The notes beneath the pieces were generated by a model. It did not search any database, was not told the DNA's origin, and saw only the letters and a program-made list of their open reading frames with translations. From Craspedostauros australis (lineage: Eukaryota), in assembly GCA_030167865.1 (NCBI GenBank), contig JALAGF010001461.1, forward strand, positions 1-32,916: a stretch of DNA of 32,916 bases, in the 5' to 3' direction. Below, in pieces: positions 23,362 to 32,916 of this stretch. The position numbers and the translations under genes are program-made. Position 1 is the first letter of the stretch. Each line of letters opens with the position of its first letter.

Positions 23362-25185
23362 TCACGGTTTAGGCGGTGCCTTTCGCCGCTTGCGTCCACC
23401 GATCAAGACGAACATCAAATACGGCAGGAGTATGGGAATGCCGCAGCAAACCCCAGGCAACACCAACATGGAGGTAAGCGTGATGCAGACCCCCACAAGT
23501 CGATGCACCGGGTTCGGCGTTCCACGATAATTGTTGCATGTCCAGCTTCCGCTATCAGTTGTGCTGTCAATACCATCGACTTTCGCTTTGTGCTTTGATG
23601 GCACGTGACTGTCAGATAATGCCTGGAAGGACCATGACTGATACAACAACGGCTGTGGTGGCGACGGCGATGCCAATCCATCTTCGTAACTCCCCCAAAT
23701 GCGAGCATGGACGATCTCGCTGTCCCAATCAAATTCCAATTCTCCAAAATTGAGCTCGGTTGCGCACATCTGCGCGTCCGTTGCTTCGTCAGTGACGATG
23801 TCTGTCCACGGGTTGACGAAATTCGCGATAGCTGTGAGCGCATTCACATGAATGTGTAAGATGAGTTTGAGGATCGTCCCGATGGTGCTGTTGCGATCCG
23901 ACAGCAACGGAACGGCACGGCCAAACTTCTCCGATGCTCCCCATGCATGCGTCAGTCCGCTGGTTGTCATTTCCATGAGGGTGCGGCGTTCGAACGCATG
24001 CGGCAGTGTATTGTCCGTGCCCTCAAGCCTGGTGGACGGAGCTCTGAAACAGTCCTTTCTAAGAAACTGCGCGAAGTGGACATCGCCCGAAATGATGATA
24101 TTTGCTGCAGCGCTGTTGTGGGTGTCATCGTCAGCAAGTGAAGATGACATTAGGATGGTGTTGTAGAGTCGAGCTTGCGCGGTTGGGTACTTTCCCCAAT
24201 CCTCGATAATATTGCCATCGTAAATGCGATCGGCGTGGACCTGGACGCCGCTGACAAATACGTGGATGGCAGCGCTCGAACGTCGTACTGACCGCTCCAG
24301 CCATTCCCATTGCTCTTCGCCCAAGAAATCACCTCGCACATCATCCTGCCAACGATGCGGGAGAGTCGTCTTCCACGGTGTTTTGTTGGTGCGCACATCC
24401 AGAACGAATACCGCAACCCGTCTGTTGTTTCTGGATGCCGGAGTCGATGGATTTGACGATGGCATCGCGCAAGTTGCGTTCTTCATTTGCGCGTCTTGGC
24501 TGTGACAGCGTTGTTGCGTGACTTGCAGAATGTCGCTGCCGTCTTCAATCCCAGCTTCCGCATCCGAAAGCGTCTCCTCACCGCTGCGACGATCAAAATC
24601 GTACACTCGCACTCCGTACACACCCCGGCCTTGCTGCGCTCGTCGATACATGGCGGAATCCTCTGGGAGATTCAAGAAATCACGAACGAAAACGAAGCCG
24701 TTCATTCTCCCGTGCTCGAATGTCGCGTCGCCGTTGTTCCTCCCGTAGTCATGGTCGTCGATCGTCCCAAAGACATCGATTCCCGTGTCCACAAAGTGGG
24801 TGTAGTTTGGCTGTGCATGGCGTTGATGCAGCAACAGATGACTCAAATAATCGGGCGTTGCATCCCGATACCGCCAACGATTCCGTGGCTTCTCCCCTCG
24901 CTGTTGCTCCAGGGGATAGGCGTGCCCATCACTGAGATCATCACCGCCGTTGCTGTCGCTGAACTCAGAAGTGCTTTTGCGGTCGTCTGCATAAACAGCA
25001 TCACCGCCCCAAACGAAACCAGCCGCGTCGCGTCGTTCCATGATTGGCCACAGCGGCTGCGGGTGGAGCTGACTGCTGCATGATCCAAACAGCAAACGTG
25101 AGGCTCTTGCACGCTCTGTGGTTGCCGCCGGCATGCCTTGAGTTGTTGGGGGGATGGGGGTATTCGGAGATGAGGATGACCACAT
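23362..25185 (-). CDS. phoD: PhoD-family alkaline phosphatase / metallophosphoesterase (607 aa) with C-terminal transmembrane anchor
   Basis: PhoD motifs appear in the expected order: FGSC, WGGDAVYAD, DDHDYGRNNG, LDVR, LGEEQWEWLE, EDW, ISGDVH, EMTTSGLTH, NFGELEFDW. Ends with the hydrophobic segment LVGVCITLTSMLVLPGVCCGIPILLPYLMFVLIGG followed by RKRRK. Confidence 0.92.
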   Translation of the reverse strand: MWSSSSPNTPIPPTTQGMPAATTERARASRLLFGSCSSQLHPQPLWPIMERRDAAGFVWGGDAVYADDRKSTSEFSDSNGGDDLSDGHAYPLEQQRGEKPRNRWRYRDATPDYLSHLLLHQRHAQPNYTHFVDTGIDVFGTIDDHDYGRNNGDATFEHGRMNGFVFVRDFLNLPEDSAMYRRAQQGRGVYGVRVYDFDRRSGEETLSDAEAGIEDGSDILQVTQQRCHSQDAQMKNATCAMPSSNPSTPASRNNRRVAVFVLDVRTNKTPWKTTLPHRWQDDVRGDFLGEEQWEWLERSVRRSSAAIHVFVSGVQVHADRIYDGNIIEDWGKYPTAQARLYNTILMSSSLADDDTHNSAAANIIISGDVHFAQFLRKDCFRAPSTRLEGTDNTLPHAFERRTLMEMTTSGLTHAWGASEKFGRAVPLLSDRNSTIGTILKLILHIHVNALTAIANFVNPWTDIVTDEATDAQMCATELNFGELEFDWDSEIVHARIWGSYEDGLASPSPPQPLLYQSWSFQALSDSHVPSKHKAKVDGIDSTTDSGSWTCNNYRGTPNPVHRLVGVCITLTSMLVLPGVCCGIPILLPYLMFVLIGGRKRRKAPPKP

Positions 25186-25933
25186 TCACACGTGGTTCCA
25201 TCGCTTCCTTTGTGCGGTGTCTGAAGCGAGTGGGAACTCTTTGTCGACGACTTGCACATCCTGCATCTTACAAATACACATCGCGGTTGCGCGCATGGCG
25301 CCAGAATAGATCGTGCAGATAACGCGCCCTCGCTCCCTCTGTGGAAACCTTCATGGATCTGTCCCGCGATGCGCACAACGCCGTAGTCGTACGACTACAA
25401 GAATTGGTGCACTCCTGACGACGCCAAAGTGTCGCCAGACAATGACTGCGGCTTCTCTTCTTCCATCGCTTCGCGTCACAGTTTCCAAGTGTTCGCTTTT
25501 ATATTTTGTCGATCCAAGATTCGTTGTGACGTTGAGCATCGGACGGCGGACTGTCCAACATGAGACCTGAATGCATGTCCCGTCGGATCTGTATCAGACC
25601 GAATATATGCTTGTTAATGAAGAATCGAATCATGATACGGTCGCCGTACCGACAGATCACTTTTCATTCCCGACAAGTCATTCGGATTCTCGACGGACGC
25701 GAATTGTCCTCGAGTATCGCGCGGGCTTTGGTTGTCCGTCTATCACAGGCTAATGTCGAATCTAGAGACGGTAGTGGGCAGAGAAATCGCCAACAAAATC
25801 GACCAACAAACACAACAACAAGAAACAAGAAACAAAAACAACCGAAATCCACACACAAAAAAGAGACGTCGCAAAACACGCCAGAACCCAAAGATTGACA
25901 GCACCCATCATCGTCCCTTCGCTGGTACACGTC

Positions 25934-28244
25934 ATGGATCATCAACGGGTTGGCGACCAGCCCTCGCCCATGGCCAACGTGGATGGTGATGGAAGTGGTG
26001 CTGGTGCGTCCACTCAGCACCAGGCGTCCCAGAGGCCTCAACAGGAACAACCCCACTCGCAGAGCCCAATGAGGGATGGATCACCAAAAACGCCGCAGAG
26101 GCATCCGCAGAGGCAAGCACGAGCGTCTCAGCAGATCCAACAGCAACAGCAACAGCAACATCAGAAGCAAGAAACAAAGCCAACGATCTTCGGCGCTTAC
26201 GATGATCTCCTCGTCAAACGGCATCAGATCGAAGCTCAGCAGCTGGGTGGTGTCATTCCGCTCCCATCTCACGTGATTGGCAACCCCAGTGATCAAGATA
26301 GCCTCAAGGCGCAAGTCAAGATAAGATGTGACTGTTCTGGCAACGCATGCTTGAAGGTGTGTACAAATATGCTTCCTCTGTTCTGCTCTGCATTGCATTA
26401 CATTACATTACGCGTACTATTGTGCTCCGCTCTTGTCATCACATTGCTTGGCAGTCTCTTTTCGTTCGGTCACGTGCCCAAGCGATCGATCATTGGCTTG
26501 TCTTCGTCCACGCTCACTGAGCCTTGGCTCACGCTCTTTCGTACTACTTTCAGGTTACATGCATGATACATACATGCATGCATGCATGCATGCATGCATG
26601 CAAACGTACTCGCACTCGCGCTATTCTGCCGTACGAGTACTGACTCACCAATGTACATTGCTCTCTTTCTTCATCTCGACACGCCTGGTACCCACGAGAT
26701 AGCTCTACTGCAAGTGCTTTGCCAGTGGAATCCATTGCAAGTCCTGGTCATGCGGATGTTCCGACATGTGGTGCCGCAACAACGCCCTACATGAAGAGTA
26801 CTCCGTCCCGCTGCCACCAAGCATGATGGCCTCAACCACTGAAAACTCATCGACGGCGCCGTCATCCGCTCCACTTTACCGCAACCACGCAGTCCTTCTC
26901 GAGCTGCATCGCAATGTGATTGCGTTTCGATCGCCGCCAGCGTCGTCAAAGACGAGACCTTTCGTCGCTGGTGGGGCTTCGATTTCAACTACGGCGAATT
27001 TGAATTCTCATTTTGCTACTGCTGATGCGGCGGCAGCGGCGGTGGCGAGTACAGCATCCAATCAGATGCCCTCTGGCCAGCAGCAGCAGCAGGAGGCAAA
27101 TCACGAGCAGGGCCGCTCGGCAAACGAGACAGCAACAAATCATGACAAAAAGAAGGTACTGGCGACGGTTGCCACAACGACAACAGCGGCAGGCCCGGCA
27201 ACCAATACGACTCCTATGGCTGCTGTGGCTGCTGATGGTATCTTCGCACCCATGCCAACCAAACGAACAGTGCCATCAGAGGCGAGAGAGAATGTCGCAG
27301 GCAAAGAAGAAACAAGAAAACGCCATCCTTCAGCAGCAGCTGAAGTGTCGAAGGTGCCGCTGAAGTTTCTTCGATCCTCTCTTTATGGCAGGGGCGCTGT
27401 CCCGGAAGGGATGCTGTTCTTCGAGCGTCAGATGGGAAAAAAGCGCAAGCGCCAAGATAGCAAGCACCGACCAGTTACGGGACACGCACCGATCGGGCAA
27501 TGGTTTCATCTTCAGGATTCCCAAAGTCGTGACCCACAGCGACAGCAACAGGCTCCGGTTCTCTCTCAAGAGCATTTGAAGAGCCTGGAGATCAACACAA
27601 CAGTGAATGCAGCGTCTACACTTCAGTCCCAACTCCCACTGACGCAAGCACCACTTTCCTCGTCGTCTTCTGCATCGGTCACATCGTCTCTGAAGGCGAT
27701 TATGCAGCGCATGGCGCAGACGAGAGAGACGTTGAAATGTCACATCAAGGCGCAACAACAACGGCAACGCCGATCGCGACAGGAACCTATCCACACATTG
27801 CTTTGTGACGAAGACATCGACGGTGATCCATCGAGTTCTGTGAACCTTCCGTCACCTTTCAGCGAGATGGATCGCTTGGTGTGTCGGGAAGAGATTGAAG
27901 ATGTTATTTGGCACAATGTCGAAGGCGATCATCTCATCATTGATCAAGCAACAGAACAAGAGGTCTATCCCGAAGGGGCGTTGTTTTGCGACGAAGATCT
28001 GGCAACGATGGATGATCTGAAAGGCAATGAACTCCTTCGGGCAGGGCCGTGCGGAGAACAGTCAGACCCAACAAAGTTTCGTCGCGTTGGCAAAAATGCA
28101 CACATCTGCCAACGAGCCATTCGAACTGCAGAACAGGTTTCGCTACTTCAAGAACTCACGAGCTGTATTCGGAGGAAGGCGCTGGAGCTTGCCAGAAAGC
28201 GACTGCAAATGGATCGACCAGCAGTCCAACCTCGGACAATGTAA
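25934..28244 (+). CDS. CRC/CXC-domain (LIN54/tesmin/TSO1-like) protein, join(25934..26356,26703..28244), about 654 aa
   Basis: Splicing reconstitutes a 9-Cys CXC domain, CDCSGNACLK|LYCKCFASGIHCKSWSCGCSDMWCRNN. It is followed by RNHAVLLELHRNVIAFRSP, which resembles the CRC linker RNPxAFxPK. Also has a basic NLS-like KKRKR, three LxCxE motifs and a C-terminal helix (AEQVSLLQELTSCIRRKA). Confidence 0.88.
26357..26702 (+). other. Spliceosomal intron, 346 bp, phase 0, interrupting the CXC domain
   Basis: Donor AAG|GTGTGT and acceptor gaTAG|CTC. The join gives the conserved CLKLYC motif and is in frame with ORF 26766-28244. Confidence 0.88.
26558..26602. repeat. (CATG)n microsatellite inside the CRC-gene intron
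   Basis: catgcatg-atacata-(catg)7-ca; the unit is self-complementary. Confidence 0.95.
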
Positions 28245-28525
28245 AATGGGTGGTACGAGCATGACGCGTAAGCGTCCGTGCATGTTGCAGAGCGCGATTC
28301 CCCTCGAGTATGGCCACGCAACGTACTCGTACTAAGAATATTGTACTACTAACATGTATTGTACTATTATATGTGCAGTTGGCATCTCAGCACGAGAATA
28401 CAGTGCCACAGAGGACGTCCGCACACACAGCATGCATTGCTTCACGATTCGTACTCTACTCGTATGCAGTTTGCGAGTATTCCTAGCACATCATGTCATC
28501 GGACATACTCGCATTGCAGAATTCT

Positions 28526-29995
28526 CTAGGAATTGACACCCAAACCAGCGAATTCACAGCATTGGTGCCAACGATCAATCTGCGTCTTCACAGCTGCCAC
28601 CATTGCGTGTGCGGGGGCGCACACCAGAGACTTGCGCACAAACATTTGATCGTCAAATGATGCCATGCTTGCGGCTTCCGCGGCGATATCTGTCCCCAGG
28701 TAGATGTAGGAATGATTGACACCAGCGATTGCTGCCAACCGTCCGAAAAATTCGCTCCAATCGTAGGCACGCGGCAACACTTCGATCACCGAACTGCAAC
28801 GATGCATGAATGGGATCAATGTGAGTTGAGCGCCATGCGGCGTCAACAAGATGTCTACGGTATTGAATGCCTCCACTTGTTGCTCGAACGACATGTTTTC
28901 AATGAAGAAAACAGGCGGTCTGTATGGCAACTGAAGGTCCTTCTGGAAGAAAATGGCAACCTTGTGCGCACCCAACATCCGTCTCGTGCCGTTGCGGTTG
29001 GCGATGGCGATGCGGGGTGGGCGGAATTTACTTCCTGGGATGCTCGAGGCAACGCCTCCATTCGCTTCACCAGTGCCCGCAGCTGTGCTCGTCGTCTGGG
29101 ATGTGCTCATTCCATCGCCTGGTTGAGTCCTTCCACAAGACTGGTCGATATGATGACCCATGCCAAGGGCAGCCAATGTTCGCCGTCTCAGGTATTGCAA
29201 GTCATCATCGTACACTGTCTGGTAGCCCTCGATACGATGCGCGTGCGCTATGAGAAGTTCGTCAAGGTGTGATCTGTGGTCACCTTTGAAGAACTTTACG
29301 TGCTGTTGAATCAAGGTGACATTGCTGGCCTTCAACACTTTGACCATGCCCTCGGTGAAAGCGGAACCTTCAGTCATCTGGCCAAAGAAGGGCTTCCGAG
29401 CTATGAATACGTGGTTGGCGTCAGGGAAATGCCGCCACAACGACCAGCACGGGAAAATCTGTTGCATCTGGTGTGGGAAGTGATGGACATACGTGTGGTT
29501 TTTCACGGTGCATACGACCGTCTTGATTTGCTTCTGCCGACCATTCTCGGTCCCAACAACCTTCGTTTCAGCGCCATGAATCGTCGCGGCGTCGACTTGA
29601 TTCCAGGCCTCGGTGAGGTTGCCGTAGATGTCCCCGAAGACGCTCAGCAAATCGTACGATGTGGGATAGTTCGTGACATTGAAGGTGTGCGGTATTGAGA
29701 TATTCAGGATGTTGCATCCGTTGGCATCAAAAGGATCAGTCGGCCACTGCAACATGAAGGCAGGGAATTCTGTGATGTTGCGCGTCCATCGATCCGGATG
29801 CTCAGCAAGTAGACCAGTTGGATGTTTGAACGCATTGCCCAATGTGAATGGATCATCGGCGTATTTGGAACTGTTCAGCATCCGCAAAGAGATGGTCCAG
29901 GTCATCAGGCTGAAACCGAAAATGGAAAGGGCCACGATGAACCTCACGGCTTTCAAGCTGCATGGAATACCAGAGTTCGCGCTCCGAGACGACAT
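28526..29995 (-). CDS. Glycosyltransferase family 61-like (DUF563) type II membrane protein, 489 aa
   Basis: N-terminal signal-anchor (FIVALSIFGFSLMTWTISL), HHFPH motif, PRIAIANRNGTRR, and MSFEQQVEAFNTVDILLTPHGAQLT...VIEVLP, which matches the GT61 C-terminal signature (Q...F...D..I.PHGAxLT...VIE). Several N-x-S/T sequons. Confidence 0.85.
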   Translation of the reverse strand: MSSRSANSGIPCSLKAVRFIVALSIFGFSLMTWTISLRMLNSSKYADDPFTLGNAFKHPTGLLAEHPDRWTRNITEFPAFMLQWPTDPFDANGCNILNISIPHTFNVTNYPTSYDLLSVFGDIYGNLTEAWNQVDAATIHGAETKVVGTENGRQKQIKTVVCTVKNHTYVHHFPHQMQQIFPCWSLWRHFPDANHVFIARKPFFGQMTEGSAFTEGMVKVLKASNVTLIQQHVKFFKGDHRSHLDELLIAHAHRIEGYQTVYDDDLQYLRRRTLAALGMGHHIDQSCGRTQPGDGMSTSQTTSTAAGTGEANGGVASSIPGSKFRPPRIAIANRNGTRRMLGAHKVAIFFQKDLQLPYRPPVFFIENMSFEQQVEAFNTVDILLTPHGAQLTLIPFMHRCSSVIEVLPRAYDWSEFFGRLAAIAGVNHSYIYLGTDIAAEAASMASFDDQMFVRKSLVCAPAHAMVAAVKTQIDRWHQCCEFAGLGVNS

Positions 29996-31596
29996 GATGT
30001 CTCGGTCTCTGAGCAGAGCACCCTGAGTCTACGGTGTGCTCGATTATGTTATGATGTCTGGTGCGGATTGTCGTATGATACGGTCAATCTTAGTTGATCC
30101 CGACAAGTGGGTACATCAACGACCCACCAATGTGGGAAGGAATTGGTTGTCGATTCATCGGCATGCTCCAAGTACTCGGACAGCAGAACACGCCAGCATG
30201 GTCGATCGAGTGAGCCATGGAACCGACATGTCATGATGATGTCGGATGGGTTTTATGACTTGTCCTGACTTAGTGCCAATTTCCGAGTTGGGCCTAGTTA
30301 GGACACACTATCTCCACCAGCGCGTTAGAGCCGCGAGTCCAAACAAGTGAGTCCTTGCGTGAGCGAAATTAATGCGCTCATTCGACACCAGGATCCACTA
30401 ACATGCACAAAACGTACAACAAGGACACAGTGGATAACCAAGCAAGACGGGGCGCAAAATCAGACACTTGCCATGTTCTCATGACGATCCGATCTTGCAT
30501 TCCGCTTGTCACCATCTGATCTGACGCAAACAACACTCCATCTGCAAGTGCATTGCCTCCTTCTGTCATCCGTTGCTGCAACCAATCAGATTGTAGCTCT
30601 CAACAAGGCCGAATTGGCTCTTCCTTGCTCTGGATCAGAAGATTCGGGTCAGATCTCCAAGGAAAGGATATACATCGACTGCTCCACAGGAGCAGGAGGT
30701 GTCCTGTTTGGTTCTACCAAAGAACAGCTTATCCCATGGCTCTGCATGCTTGACTTTTGTATGACTCCTCAAGTTGGACAACCTTTCATCATAATCCACT
30801 TCGATTGTAATTCACAACCTATTGCAATTACTCTACAGTTTACATCTATCAAGTTCACCTTGCCCTGCCTGGTTCTCAACAACAAGCGGTCTCAAGCCGG
30901 TTGGGAACAGGCCATCTCAGGGAACATGTCCCCGAAAGGCACGAAACATTCACTGGCCTCATCTTGACGAGACCTGTCGACGGACAGGCGGCACCACGAG
31001 TCCAATTCGACAAGCAGTTTCGAAACCGAAACGACGATGCGCGTCTGGCTGAGCAGCTTCTCATTCGTGGTGCACCAACCGCGAAGCTGAAGCGATGTTG
31101 TTGTTGTTCATGAGAACGGGCTGGTCTTCCCACGCCATCGAACTCGGCACGTGCTCGAGGCACCATGCGCACAACGACCTTCCCTTACGAGCTATTCCAT
31201 GAACATATAATATAATATTATATTCTAATCGCCTATTCAATGCTACAATACAATGCTCGTTCGTGAGAATACGACAAGAGGGTCGCTGCAACTGCTGGAC
31301 TCCATCTGTGACGATTGCCATCTTTCTTCACCAACGACCGGAGACGCACGTCATATTATTGCATGAACTGATGGTGCACGAAAATTCGCGCTCTACGAAA
31401 CCATGATCTGAAGTCAGCGTCACAATTATCAATACTCTAAATAGCATCTGATAAAGTTGTCAGTATCTGAGGGGGGATGATTACTAATGTGATTTATGAC
31501 CGGGAGGGACGATCTTTTCTGTGCTGTCCTGTGGTTGCCACGGCATCTGTCATTGTCCGTGGGCAGTATGCCAACAGAAGTGGCCCCACCAGTTGC

Positions 31597-32916
31597 TCAA
31601 TCAGTGAATCCGCAGCACTGGTGCCATCGATCGATCTGCACCTTGACGGCTTCCACCATCGGATGCACTGGGGCGCAAACATTGTACGCCCGCGGAATCT
31701 TCTGCCCCTCGAATGAATTGAAAGGCTCCGTCTCCGCCACCACATCGGTCCCAAGGTAAATGTAGGAATGGTTGACACCGGACAGCGCTGCCAGCCTCCC
31801 AAAAAACACTTGCTCCGAATAGGCGCGTGGGAATACTTCGATCACCGAGCTGCAACGATGCATGAACGGAATCAACGTGAGTTGCGCACCATGCGGCGTC
31901 AGTAATATGTCGACGTTGTTGAATGCCTCGATCTGCTGCTCGAACGTCATGTGCTCGAGAAAAAAGACCGGCGGTCTATACGGCAGATGGAGCTCCTCCT
32001 GCAGCAGCGTGGAAATATTGCGGCCGCCAAACATTCGCCTCGTGGTGTTGCGATTGGAAATGGCGATGCGAGGTGGGCGAAGGATCTGGTTGTTCAGAAC
32101 CTTCGCCGCGCCGCTTGCTGTTGTGTTGGCGTCGGCTATCAATGGTATGAGCAGGTTGGTATGCTCCGTATTGGGCGAGGGAGGTACTCCGCAGGACGGT
32201 TCGAGGTAGCGCTCCAAGCCAAAGACAGGCAAGGCATGCCGTCTCAGATGATCCAGGTCGTCCTCGTAAACTGTCCGATAGCCATCAATGAGGGTCGTGT
32301 TCGGGTACACGTAGAGGAGGTCGCCTGGGCGAGCACTAAATTCGTATTTGAACCTTTTCACGGTTCTTCGTTGGATTGTGATGTTGTTCGCATTCAATAC
32401 CTTGACCATGCCCTCCGTGAAGGCGCTGCCACTTGTGAACCAGTCATAGTAGAGCTTTCCAACAACGAAGACATGTTCAGCGTCTGGAAAGTGCCGCCAG
32501 AACGACCAGCAGGGGTATATGTTTTGCATCTGATGCGGAAAGTGATGTAGGAACCAGTTGCGAGAAATGCCACACGCGGCCGTCTTGACTTCCGTGACAG
32601 GGGCTTTCCGACGCCGCCGTCGAGTGTTGTTCGTGTGAACAGCATGAACTGTTCGGACCGTCCTACTGCCATTTGCAGCGCCGGCATGTTTCCATGCCCT
32701 CTTGAGATTCCCATGAATGACAATGAAGACGTCCTTGATGTTATACGATTTTGGATAGCGAGTGACGTTGAAGGTGTGCGGCAGCGAAGTGTTGAAAACG
32801 CTGCATCCTTCGGGTCCAAAAGGATCGGTTGGCCAATCCATCATGAACGAGGGGAATTCTGTGATGTTCGTGTTCCACCGGTGGGAATGATCGGGGGTTG
32901 GCTCTCTTGGGGGGCT
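31597..32916 (-). CDS. Glycosyltransferase family 61-like protein, paralog of 28526-29995, 5' end outside the window
   Basis: The frame stays open from the window edge (SPPREPTPDHSHRWNTNITEFPSFMMDWPTDPF), matching HPDRWTRNITEFPAFMLQWPTDPF of the paralog, so ATG 32844 is internal. Shares the identical block DILLTPHGAQLTLIPFMHRCSSVIEV and the QIDRWHQCC terminus. Confidence 0.87.
   Translation of the reverse strand, partial: SPPREPTPDHSHRWNTNITEFPSFMMDWPTDPFGPEGCSVFNTSLPHTFNVTRYPKSYNIKDVFIVIHGNLKRAWKHAGAANGSRTVRTVHAVHTNNTRRRRRKAPVTEVKTAACGISRNWFLHHFPHQMQNIYPCWSFWRHFPDAEHVFVVGKLYYDWFTSGSAFTEGMVKVLNANNITIQRRTVKRFKYEFSARPGDLLYVYPNTTLIDGYRTVYEDDLDHLRRHALPVFGLERYLEPSCGVPPSPNTEHTNLLIPLIADANTTASGAAKVLNNQILRPPRIAISNRNTTRRMFGGRNISTLLQEELHLPYRPPVFFLEHMTFEQQIEAFNNVDILLTPHGAQLTLIPFMHRCSSVIEVFPRAYSEQVFFGRLAALSGVNHSYIYLGTDVVAETEPFNSFEGQKIPRAYNVCAPVHPMVEAVKVQIDRWHQCCGFTD

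Noticed and set aside
26357-26566. Hydrophobic C-terminus of ORF 25895-26566 suggesting a membrane protein
   Set aside because: Read-through into a T-rich intron. Splicing at 26356 gives the conserved CLKLYC motif instead.
30726-30750. Minus-strand peptide HAEPWDKL resembling the start of a retrotransposon integrase core
   Set aside because: Too short. The expected downstream D-x-x-GP and DDE residues are absent and the frame has stops.
1-32916. CRISPR arrays, rRNA/tRNA genes, prokaryotic defence systems, intact transposons
   Set aside because: No repeat-spacer periodicity, cloverleaf, terminal repeats or transposase/RT motifs were seen. The DNA is intron-containing eukaryotic sequence.

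Overview
Eukaryotic genomic DNA, most consistent with a diatom (stramenopile). The evidence is GT-AG introns, microsatellite-rich non-coding DNA, a diatom-type 'CxRGLE' protein family and RXL motifs. Eight protein-coding genes can be supported, six of them in three local paralog pairs. (1) Two divergently oriented small 'RVxF...W...CTRGLE' proteins (2038-2832 -, 7132-8058 +). (2) Two tandem, very large single-pass membrane proteins, each split by a phase-1 intron at the homologous position (9736-15041 +, 16837-22820 +). Each has an N-terminal folded region with RXL-type motifs and a roughly 900-1100 aa disordered Ser/Arg/Lys-rich tail. (3) A PhoD-type alkaline phosphatase with a C-terminal membrane anchor (23362-25185 -). 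(4) A spliced CRC/CXC-domain (LIN54/tesmin/TSO1-like) protein that has only one CXC subdomain but three LxCxE motifs (25934-28244 +). (5) Two tandem GT61-like glycosyltransferases (28526-29995 -, and 31597 to the window edge -). The most notable items are the half-CRC protein with a triple LxCxE array, visible only after splicing, and the receptor-like paralog pair with recurring basophilic phospho-motifs. No RNA genes, CRISPR arrays or intact mobile elements were recognised.
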